DNA of 64,000 nt from Gammaproteobacteria bacterium. Its GTDB lineage: Bacteria > Pseudomonadota > Gammaproteobacteria > Xanthomonadales > SZUA-5. Below are positions 46,501 to 54,776 of the stretch, one piece after another (position 1 is the stretch's first letter; the number at the start of each line of letters is the position of its first letter). The stretch is taken from positions 7,166-71,165 of the forward strand of contig JAUIFV010000003.1 of NCBI GenBank assembly GCA_030430155.1, read 5' to 3'. The position numbers were made by a program, and so were the translations under genes. The notes under the pieces were generated by a model that saw nothing but the letters and a program-made list of their open reading frames with translations, was not told the origin of the DNA and ran no database searches.

Positions 46501-47898
46501 ATTCGCGGCCGGCTGTGTGCGCTGGGACCGGTGCAGGCAGCGGATCTGGCGGCGAGTCTGGGAGTGCACGTGGCGGACATCGACCTAGCCCTGCTGGCCC
46601 TGGAAGGCGAGGGTTTTGTGATGCGCGGTCAGTTCAGCCCGGGGCTGGCGGCGGGCACCGAACAGTGGTGCGAGCGCCATTTGCTGGCGCGCATCCATCG
46701 CTACACCATCGGCCGACTGCGCCGCGAAATCGAACCGGTGCAGCCGCGCGACTATCTGCGCTTCGTGCTGCAGTGGCAGCGACTCGGCGTCGATCGGGCC
46801 AGCGGCCCGGATGCGCTGGCCGCGATCCTGCATCAGCTGGAGGGCTTTGAGGCGCCGGCGGCGGCCTGGGAGGCCGAGATCCTGCCGGCACGACTGCACA
46901 ACTACGATCCCAGCTGGCTGGATGAGCTGTGTCTGGCCGGGCGGGTACTGTGGTCCAGGCTGCGCGCGACGGCCTCCAGCGGTATCCGCAGCACCGTGCG
47001 CAATACACCCATCGTGCTGCTGCAGCGGCGCAACCTTAGCCTGTGGAACAGCCTGCGCGAGGCGCCAGTCGAAACTGAGGCGGGAAGCGGGGCCGCTGAG
47101 AAGCTCGCTGCGGTGCTGGCCGAGCACGGCGCGCTGTTCTTCGACGAGATGGTCGATCTCAGCGGTCTGCTGGAAGCCCAGGTGGAACAGGCGCTGGCCG
47201 AACTGGTGGGCAGCGGCCGGGTGCACTGCGACAGCTATGCCGGACTGCGCGCGCTGCTGATGCCGGCCGCCAAGCGGGCCCGTATCAGCCGCCGCGGCCG
47301 TGGCGTGCAGCCCTGGTCGGGACTGCACAGCGCCGGGCGCTGGGCGCTGCTCAGACGCGCAGGGGCCAGCGACGTCGACCCCGTTGATCAGGTCGAGCGC
47401 GTTGCCCGTATCCTGCTGCGCCGCTACGGCGTGCTGTGCTGGCAGCTGCTACGCCGCGAAGCCAGCTGGCTGCCGCCGTGGCGCTTGCTGGTGCGCGCCT
47501 GCCAGCGCCTGGAGGCCCGCGGCGAGCTGCGCGGTGGCCGCTTCATCGACGGACTGACCGGCGAGCAGTTCGCCCTTCCCGAGGCGGTGGCGCAGCTGCG
47601 TAGCGCGCGCAAGGCCGAGCTCAGCGGCGCCAGCATCTGCATCAGCGCCGCTGACCCGCTGAACCTGGTCGGCACTGTGCTCGCCGGTGAGCGCATCGGC
47701 GCGATCGCTGGCCACCGATTGCTGATCCGCGACGGCCTGCCCATCGCCGCGCTGGTGGGTGACGAGGCCAAGGCGCTGGTGAGCATGAGCAAGGGCGAGC
47801 TGTGGCAGGCACGGCTGCAGCTGTTGCGAAACGGAGCGGAATCGACCGACGCTCCAATCGATGCGCCGGGGCGACGCAGCTGGATGCCCTCGCGCTAG
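43528..47898 (+). CDS. lhr: Lhr-family large ATP-dependent DEAD/DEAH-box helicase
   Basis: ORF 43129..47898 trimmed to the ATG at 43528 (MALQRFHP..); the upstream part overlaps the SDR gene in antisense. AAPTGSGKT Walker A, [26 protein letters not shown] (Lhr-type DExH), [20 protein letters not shown], and a long C-terminal DEAD-associated region. Confidence 0.9.
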   Translation: [1456 protein letters not shown]

Positions 47899-48013
47899 CT
47901 AGGTTGCCCGCACACCAGACGACAAGGCCCGCGCCGACGCGCCGCTAAGCGGGCCCGGCACTCGGCGATGGCCCTGGATGCTGGCGAGGCTGAACTGTCC
48001 CGAGCGCCGCCAT

Positions 48014-50977
48014 TCACCGTTTTGAACTGGCTTGCGCACAATCCTTTGCCGGCTGCGGCACCGAGAACAAAAACCCCTGACCGATACTGCAATCCAACTT
48101 CTGCAGCGCGTCGCGCTGCGCTGCGGTTTCGATGCCTTCGGCGATCACCTCCATGCCCAGCGAGCCCGCCAGCGCGCGTATTGCCCGCACCACCGCGGCG
48201 CTGCTGCCGCTCAAGTCGGGTTTGAGTTCGGCGACGAAGGAGCGATCGATCTTCAGCGCGTGCAGCGGGAAACGATGCAGATAGGACAGCGAGGAGTAGC
48301 CGGTGCCGAAATCGTCCAGCGAAGTGAGGATGCCGGCATCACGCAGCGCCAGCATGGTGGCGCTGGCCTGCTCGGGATTGTGTAGCAGAGCGCCCTCGGT
48401 CACCTCGATGCGCACCCGCCACGGCGGTACCTGGTAGGCGGCGAGCATCTCCAGCAGGGTGGCGGTGAGATTGGCCGAGCGGAAATGCCGCGCGGAGACG
48501 TTGATGCCGACGTAGGTCTGCTCCGAAGCCAACTCCGGAATCGCGCGGAAAACCTGTTCATAGATCTGCCAGTCGATTTGCTCGACGTTGCCCGATTCCT
48601 CGGCGACAGCAAGAAAATCGGCCGGCAGCAGCAGTCCGCGAGAGGCGTGGCGCCAGCGCAGCAGCGCCTCGTAGCCCAGTACGCTGGCATCGTCCAGACG
48701 CACGATGGGCTGCAGAAAGGGCTCAAATTCGCGCCGGGTCAGCGCCCGTCGCATATCGCTCTCCAGATCGAGCATGTTCAGCGCTTCCAGGCGCAGCTGT
48801 TCGTCGAACAGCTCGAAGCGCTGCCGCCCGTGAGCTTTGGCTCTGTACATGGCCACGTCGGCATCGCGCAGCAGCTCTTCGGGATGCCGGTAGCGCGGAT
48901 GGGCCAGGGCGATACCCACGCTGGCCGAGGTGTAGATCTCCTTGTCACCCAGACGAATGGGATCGACCAGCGCGGCCAGCACTCGCTTGGCCACCGCACA
49001 GGCTTCGTCGGCGCTGTGGATGTGCTCAAGCAGGATGGTGAATTCGTCGCCGCCCAGACGCGCCACCGAATCCGGCTCGCGCACGCAGCTGGCGATGCGC
49101 CGGCCGGCCTCGATGAGCAACTCGTCGCCGAGCAAATGACCCACCGAATCATTGACCACCTTGAAGCGGTCCAGATCCAGAAACAGCACCGCGAACAGAT
49201 CACCGGGCCGCTCACGCAGCCGGCTGAGCAGGAAGCTCAGGCGCTGCAGCAGCGCGGCTCGATTGGGCAGCCCGGTCAGCGCGTCGTGGAAGGCCTCGTG
49301 CTTGAGCTGCGATTCGACCCGCTCGCGGACCACGATCTCCTCGCGCAGATCCTCGTTGGCCAGGCGCAGCGCCTCGGTGCGCTCTTCCACCCGCCGTTCC
49401 AGCTCCTGATGCGCCAGGCGCAATCGCTCCTGATTCTGTTTGCGCTCCAGCGCCGAGGCGATGTGGAAGGATGCGAACTGCAGCACTTCCTGCTCCACCG
49501 GACCGTAGTCCTGCTCGCTGCGATAGCTCTGTACCACCATTGCCCCCAGCACCTGCTCATCGAGCAGCAGCGGTACACCCAGCCAGCACTGCGGCCGGGT
49601 GCCGAACAGCACCACATCGCCCTGCTCGATAAGCCCCGCCAGCTGGGTCGCAGTGGCCAGCAACGGCGCCTTGCGGCTGAGCACCAGCTCGGTCAGTCCC
49701 TTGCTCTTGAGTCGACGCGGCATCAGATCGTCGTGTTGATCGACGTAGTAGGGAAACTCCAGCCCGGCGCCGTCGGGGCTGAGCAGACCGATAAAGAAGT
49801 TGTTGGCGTTGAGCAGTTCGGAGACCACTTGATGGACGCCGCGATAGAAGGCGTTCATGCCGGTGCGCTCGCTGGCGAACTCGGCGATCCTGTACATCGC
49901 CGACTGCAGCTTCTGCGCGCGCTGCCGTTCATTGACCTCGGCGCGCAGGCTGACGTTGGCCTGGGCCAGTTCGGCGGTGCGCCGCTGCACCGCCTCTTCC
50001 AGCTGATCCTGCTGCTGCTTGCGCAGCACCACCGAGAGCACGTGCTGGGCGACGAAGCTGAGCAGATCGCGATCATGGGTGCTGTAGCGGCGCGCCTCGT
50101 CGTAGCTCTGGATCACCACTGCGCCGCGTACCCGCTCGCCCTGCAGCATCGGCACCCCCAGCCAGTCCACGCAATCCGGGCCCAGCCGTTCATCGTCGGC
50201 CAGGCCGAGCTGACGACGCAGTCCAGCGCTGGAGCCCATCAACGACTGCCCACTATGCAGCACAGCGAAGGTCAGGCTGGAGGGATAGTCGGCGGCGGCG
50301 CGCTCGGCGCCGGTTTCGGTGGTCGGGTCGTCGCTATCGGCGTGATAGGGGAAGTACATCACGTCGCGGACGTCGTCATACAGCGCCACGTAAAGGTTCT
50401 CGGCGTAGGTCAGGCCACGAATCACGCCGTGCACGCGTGACAGCATCTGCGCCAGATCGATGTCGGAGAAAGCCAGGTCGGCGATCTCGTAGAGTGCCCG
50501 CTGCAGATGTTCGTTGTCCCTGGCCGCAGCCAGCTCGTTCTGCAGCTGGCGCAGATCCAAGAGCTCGCCGAGGCGCTGATCCAGATAGTCCTGCCAGGGC
50601 AGCGCGTAGCGGTCTGCAGCGGCATCCGGGTGCAGCTTGATGAGCAGCTGCGCCCGACACTGGGCCAGATCGAGGCGCACTTCGTCCGCTGCAGCAACCT
50701 GCACGGCTGGTGCAGTGCCGATCTGCAGCTTGGCGCCTACGCAATCGCCCCGCGAGGCAATCAGGCGCTCGACCTCGGCGACAAACTGGTCCAGATCGAC
50801 GCTGCCCGTAGCCAGCGTCCAGACCGCGCTCAACCCGTCGGGACCCGGTCCCCGTGTGGGTCGTTGTGCGGCACTGGCGGCGGCATGGTGTGGCAATTGA
50901 GTACCCCCCGTTGCAGCTGACACTACTCCTGCATTTGGGCGACGAATAGCAGCCGCTGCGCGGCCGCGCCCAGCCAT
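48014..50977 (-). CDS. GAF-GAF-GGDEF-EAL c-di-GMP turnover protein
   Basis: ORF 48014..51631 trimmed to the ATG at 50977 (MAGRGRAAAA); further upstream it would overlap the divergent TPR gene. Two GAF-like regions. GGDEF motif RLGGDEFTILLE with an RxxD I-site (REPD) five residues upstream. EAL motifs YEALLRW and DDFGTGYSSLSYL. Confidence 0.85.
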   Translation of the reverse strand: MAGRGRAAAAIRRPNAGVVSAATGGTQLPHHAAASAAQRPTRGPGPDGLSAVWTLATGSVDLDQFVAEVERLIASRGDCVGAKLQIGTAPAVQVAAADEVRLDLAQCRAQLLIKLHPDAAADRYALPWQDYLDQRLGELLDLRQLQNELAAARDNEHLQRALYEIADLAFSDIDLAQMLSRVHGVIRGLTYAENLYVALYDDVRDVMYFPYHADSDDPTTETGAERAAADYPSSLTFAVLHSGQSLMGSSAGLRRQLGLADDERLGPDCVDWLGVPMLQGERVRGAVVIQSYDEARRYSTHDRDLLSFVAQHVLSVVLRKQQQDQLEEAVQRRTAELAQANVSLRAEVNERQRAQKLQSAMYRIAEFASERTGMNAFYRGVHQVVSELLNANNFFIGLLSPDGAGLEFPYYVDQHDDLMPRRLKSKGLTELVLSRKAPLLATATQLAGLIEQGDVVLFGTRPQCWLGVPLLLDEQVLGAMVVQSYRSEQDYGPVEQEVLQFASFHIASALERKQNQERLRLAHQELERRVEERTEALRLANEDLREEIVVRERVESQLKHEAFHDALTGLPNRAALLQRLSFLLSRLRERPGDLFAVLFLDLDRFKVVNDSVGHLLGDELLIEAGRRIASCVREPDSVARLGGDEFTILLEHIHSADEACAVAKRVLAALVDPIRLGDKEIYTSASVGIALAHPRYRHPEELLRDADVAMYRAKAHGRQRFELFDEQLRLEALNMLDLESDMRRALTRREFEPFLQPIVRLDDASVLGYEALLRWRHASRGLLLPADFLAVAEESGNVEQIDWQIYEQVFRAIPELASEQTYVGINVSARHFRSANLTATLLEMLAAYQVPPWRVRIEVTEGALLHNPEQASATMLALRDAGILTSLDDFGTGYSSLSYLHRFPLHALKIDRSFVAELKPDLSGSSAAVVRAIRALAGSLGMEVIAEGIETAAQRDALQKLDCSIGQGFLFSVPQPAKDCAQASSKR

Positions 50978-51104
50978 GACAACTCTTAACAAATCAGTCA
51001 CAAAGCGATGCTTGATTGACCAGTGAGGAAGGCCCGAGGGATACGGACCGTTCGGCAGGAGGCATTGGGTAGAATGGCAGCGACTGGAAACGGAGCCAGC
51101 CGCC

Positions 51105-53273
51105 TTGAGCGCATTCCTGGACGAACTCAAGCGCCGCGGCGTGATGCGCGCGGCGGCGCTGTATGCGGTGGTGGCATGGGCGATCATCGAATCCTCGGCG
51201 ACCATCCTGCCGGCCCTGGGCATCCCGGAATGGACGGTGACGGCAATCATCGTGATCGCACTGGCCGGCTTTCCCTTCTGTCTGGTCGGCGCCTGGATCT
51301 TCGATTTCACCCGCGGCGGCATCGTGCGCACGCCGCAGCGGGCGCAGCTGGACGCCAGCGAACTGCAGCGCGTAGGTCGCGGCAGGCTGATCGATTTCGT
51401 GATTATTGCGGTGCTGGGCGTGGCGGTGGTCTGGCTGGGTTGGGAGCGGCTGCAGCGCGATGATAGCGCTGACCCCGTTGCCGCGGCTGGGCAGAGCCTG
51501 GATTCCATCGCCGTGCTGCCCTTCGCCAACATCTCCGACGACCCTGCCAACGAATACTTCGGCGACGGGCTGGCCGAGGAACTGCTCAACGTGCTGGTCA
51601 AGATCGACGGCCTGCGAGTCACCGCGCGCACCTCCTCGTTTCAGTATCGCGGGCAGAATCTGGACATCCGCGAGATCGGCCGCGCGCTGGGGGTGGCGAC
51701 CGTGCTGGAAGGCAGCGTGCGCAAGTTCGGCGACAAGATCCGGGTCACCGCGCAGCTGATCCGGGCCGACGATGGCTTTCATCTGTGGTCGGAAACCTAC
51801 GACAGCGATCTGGCCGACATCTTCGCGGTGCAGGACCGGATCTCCCTGGCCATTGCCGAGGCTCTGCGCGGCACTTTGAGCCCGAGCCAGGGCGCGGAGC
51901 TGACCGAGAGCAAGCGGCAAACGGTGAACGTGGCCGCCTTCGAGGCGTATTTGCGAGGGCGCTTTGCAATGAACAAGCGCACCGCCGATGGTCTGGCCGA
52001 GGCGGTCGAAGACTTTAGGCAGGCGATCGCGCTGGACCCCAACTACGCGGCGGCCTTTTCCGGGCTTTCCGACACCTACATGCTGCAGGCCAGCTATGCC
52101 GATCGCGATCAGCGTGAGGCGCTGCGACTGGCCGAGCCGATGATGCAGCAGGCCATCACTCTGGACCCGAATCTGGCCGAGGCCCAGGCTTCCAAGGGTT
52201 TTGTGCTCGGCGACCAGGGTGATCACGAAGGCGCAATCGCGGCCTTCAAGCGCGCCATCGAGCTCAATCCCTCCTACAGTCCCGCCTACCACTGGCTGGC
52301 GCTGCGCTACCAGAACGACGCCCGCTTCAACGAGGCCAAGCGGGCGCTGCAGGACTGCCTGCGGGTCGATCCGGGATACACCACCGGCAAGCGGGTGCTG
52401 CTGGGGTTGCTGCGCTCCACCGGTGAGGACGAACAAGCCAACGCCCTGGCCGAGCAGATGGCATCAGACCACGCCAATGACAGCTTGGTGCTGTACACCT
52501 TGAGCGAGGACGCGGTGGAACAGAACCAGCTGGTGGATGCGGTGCGCTTTGGCGTGGAGGCCGTGAAACTGCAGCCCGAGTCGGCACTGCTTCGCGTCAG
52601 TCTGGCCCAGGCCCTGGCCGTTGCCGGCGACACCGCTCGTGCCGAGGCGCAGATCGAGGTCGCGCGGGAATTGGCACCGGACAACCCCAATCTCGCCCAA
52701 TGGCCGATGCTCAAGGCGCTGGCCGAGGGTGATTTCGAGGCGCTGGAGCGGCTCCGCGCGGCGACCGCGAGCGATCCGGGCAGCATTCAAAACTGGCCGC
52801 ACATGAACTGTATGCTGGCGGCTCGGGTGAGGCGAGTGCAAAGCATCATCGAGGCCTGCGGGGCGATACTGAAAAGCGCCCAATGGCAACCCGATCAGCC
52901 GCTTCCCGACCCGCTGCAGGACAACGTCGCTGCGCTGCTTAGCGCCTATGATGCGATTGGAGACGAGGAGGCCGCCGAGCAGTTGGCTGCAGCAGTGGAC
53001 GCTGAGTTGGATCGACTGGAGGCCAACGGCATGGGTAGCCAGCGGGTGGCCTTCTATCGCGCCCATATGGCGATGTACCGCGGCGACCCAGAGGCGCTGC
53101 TGGAACGACTGCCGCACTGGCTGGACTCCAACAACATCTCCGCCGCCTCGCTGCGCACCGAGTTGGTCTGGGACTCGATACGTGACGATCCCCGCTTCCA
53201 GACGCTAATCACCCGTACCGAACGGCGCCAGGCCGAAATCCTGGCCGAGGTGAAGGCAATCGCAGTGCCGTGA
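51105..53273 (+). CDS. membrane-anchored TPR-repeat protein with TolB-N/CsgG-like periplasmic module
   Basis: TTG start. Two N-terminal TM helices (AAALYAVVAWAIIE, VTAIIVIALAGFPFCLVGAWIF), then IAVLPFANISDDPANEYFGDGLAEELLNVL...ATVLEGSVRKFGDKIRVTAQLI, then multiple TPR-like repeats (AIALDPNYAAAFSGL, AITLDPNLAEAQA, AIELNPSYSPAYHWL). Confidence 0.8.
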   Translation: MSAFLDELKRRGVMRAAALYAVVAWAIIESSATILPALGIPEWTVTAIIVIALAGFPFCLVGAWIFDFTRGGIVRTPQRAQLDASELQRVGRGRLIDFVIIAVLGVAVVWLGWERLQRDDSADPVAAAGQSLDSIAVLPFANISDDPANEYFGDGLAEELLNVLVKIDGLRVTARTSSFQYRGQNLDIREIGRALGVATVLEGSVRKFGDKIRVTAQLIRADDGFHLWSETYDSDLADIFAVQDRISLAIAEALRGTLSPSQGAELTESKRQTVNVAAFEAYLRGRFAMNKRTADGLAEAVEDFRQAIALDPNYAAAFSGLSDTYMLQASYADRDQREALRLAEPMMQQAITLDPNLAEAQASKGFVLGDQGDHEGAIAAFKRAIELNPSYSPAYHWLALRYQNDARFNEAKRALQDCLRVDPGYTTGKRVLLGLLRSTGEDEQANALAEQMASDHANDSLVLYTLSEDAVEQNQLVDAVRFGVEAVKLQPESALLRVSLAQALAVAGDTARAEAQIEVARELAPDNPNLAQWPMLKALAEGDFEALERLRAATASDPGSIQNWPHMNCMLAARVRRVQSIIEACGAILKSAQWQPDQPLPDPLQDNVAALLSAYDAIGDEEAAEQLAAAVDAELDRLEANGMGSQRVAFYRAHMAMYRGDPEALLERLPHWLDSNNISAASLRTELVWDSIRDDPRFQTLITRTERRQAEILAEVKAIAVP

Positions 53274-53656
53274 GCACCTGGGTTTACGCCTGCTTGGAAC
53301 GTCTTACCGACCAGGGCTGGGAGTTGGCCCAGCCGCTACGACCAAACCCGGAGTTCGATGGCGACCTGGTCCCGGTCAATGTCGCTCCCGAAAGCTGGGG
53401 CAAAGGCAATTTCGCCCACTACTACGCCATTTCCGGAGAGCGCGACCTACCCGGGGACTTGAGCGAGGCGCTGCGCCGTTTTCTGGACCAGCATTGGGAC
53501 GTGGTCAATCGCCCCTCGTGGATGAGCCTGGCCGAGATCGCCGCGCATGAGCGCGCTGATGTGAACGGCGCACACGCCCATCTCAATGCCGACGATTTGC
53601 GCACCGGGGACTACGCCGACGATCGGCTCAGGGTGGTGTTTTGGGCCGACCAGTAG
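53270..53656 (+). CDS. hypothetical protein
   Basis: 128-aa ORF whose GTG start overlaps the upstream stop (GTGA). Codon usage is consistent with its neighbours. No motif recognised. Confidence 0.5.
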   Translation: MSTWVYACLERLTDQGWELAQPLRPNPEFDGDLVPVNVAPESWGKGNFAHYYAISGERDLPGDLSEALRRFLDQHWDVVNRPSWMSLAEIAAHERADVNGAHAHLNADDLRTGDYADDRLRVVFWADQ

Positions 53657-53683
53657 GCACGACCCGCATACTTCATGAGTCTT

Positions 53684-53852
53684 CTAGTGTGGTGTCCCCA
53701 AAGTAAGTTGAATCTAGTTCAGATGGAATTTGGTCTGAGACTAGGCGCGACGAGCAAGGCATAGCGTTGCCTATGGCTGCGACGAGCAACGACGTATCAG
53801 GGACGGCTCACTAGCGCTGTGAGATCAAGTTAGTTTGGGAACACCACACTAG
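53684..53852. mobile_element. MITE-like element copy A (169 bp, ~30-bp terminal inverted repeats)
   Basis: Left end ctagtgtggtgtccccaaagtaagttgaatc. The reverse complement of the right end is ctagtgtggtgttcccaaactaacttgatc. The internal segment aggcgcgacgagcaaggcatagcg...ggctcactagcgctgtgagatcaag is shared with copy B. Confidence 0.7.
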
Positions 53853-53872
53853 CCTGCAATTTCAAAAGTGAC

Positions 53873-54631
53873 CTACAGGGCGTATTCGCGTTCCAAATAG
53901 TCGACGATCTGCGCCGACTCGAACATCGCCGTCTGCGTGTTGGGGTCTTCCAGGTAGGGCACCTGCACTCGCCCGTGTTGCTGCCAAAAGGCGTGCCGTT
54001 TGCCACCTGCGCTGGGCACGTAGGGTCCGGGACGCAGCCGGCGCACCGCCGGGCCCAGTTCGTCCCAATGCTCCTTGCCCAGGTTGTGCAGGTGGTAGGG
54101 CAGCTCCAACTCGCTCAGCACTTCCCGGACCGGGCGCGAGTAGGGGCTGGATTCGAAACTCCACAGCGCCAACGGCTGCTTCGGCCGTCGCGAGGGCCGC
54201 GCCCGACTGCCACGTCCCAGGCGCAGCGCGCTGGCTGCTTTGCCGAGCAGGCCCTGGCCGGGTAGCGCCCTGTACATCGCCGGCACTGCGATCTGCCCGT
54301 AGTGCTCAAACAGGTGCGCGATGATCGCCCGCGGCTCGCTGTAAACCTGACCGAGGTTGCGATCATCCAGCACCGGCACAGTGGCGCCACTGCTGCTCTT
54401 GGCAAGCTGCGCGGCAGAGCGCTTGCCGCCGATGGGACAGGGTCGTACCAGCGCGTCCAGATGCAGCGCGGTGAGCGCCTCACGCACCGCCCGACACTCG
54501 GGACTGGCTTCGCAGTCGTAAAGAATCAGTGCTTTGGGCGGCTGTACCGCCGCTTTGACCACCAACGTACCGCGCCACAGCGCCAGGCTGGAGGCGGCGC
54601 TGGCGGTGGCCAAATTGGCAAATCCGGTCAT
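53873..54631 (-). CDS. GST-N/glutaredoxin-like protein with two tandem thioredoxin-fold domains
   Basis: LILYDCEASPECRAVREALTALHLDALVRPCP and LALWSFESSPYSRPVREVLSELELPYHLHNLGK each begin a thioredoxin-like unit. VPVLDD and VPYLED are the cis-Pro loops. The start is at 54631 (MTGFANL) or 54655. Confidence 0.7.
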   Translation of the reverse strand: MTGFANLATASAASSLALWRGTLVVKAAVQPPKALILYDCEASPECRAVREALTALHLDALVRPCPIGGKRSAAQLAKSSSGATVPVLDDRNLGQVYSEPRAIIAHLFEHYGQIAVPAMYRALPGQGLLGKAASALRLGRGSRARPSRRPKQPLALWSFESSPYSRPVREVLSELELPYHLHNLGKEHWDELGPAVRRLRPGPYVPSAGGKRHAFWQQHGRVQVPYLEDPNTQTAMFESAQIVDYLEREYAL

Positions 54632-54776
54632 CGGCAGCTCACACGGCGGTTGCAATCAGCATCTTCGCACGCCCGAAGTCATGAACGGCGACGGCAATCC
54701 TTGTGCTCGGAGCACGAAGCGCTCGACATCCACGCGCGGCTGTGATGGCATGGGCGCGCACGGGAAGGGAGCGTTG

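Noticed and set aside
48485-50440. 651-aa plus-strand ORF
   Set aside because: Antisense to the GAF-GGDEF-EAL gene, which carries unambiguous GGDEF and EAL motifs. No motifs in this frame.
50978-51631. N-terminal 218-aa extension of ORF 48014..51631
   Set aside because: It would overlap the divergent TPR gene (start 51105) by over 500 nt, and its sequence is S/A/R/P-rich junk. The ATG at 50977 gives a sensible start and leaves a 127-bp divergent promoter region.
50994-52436. 480-aa minus-strand ORF
   Set aside because: Antisense to the TPR membrane protein gene. Its composition is R/G/A/Q-rich and repetitive.
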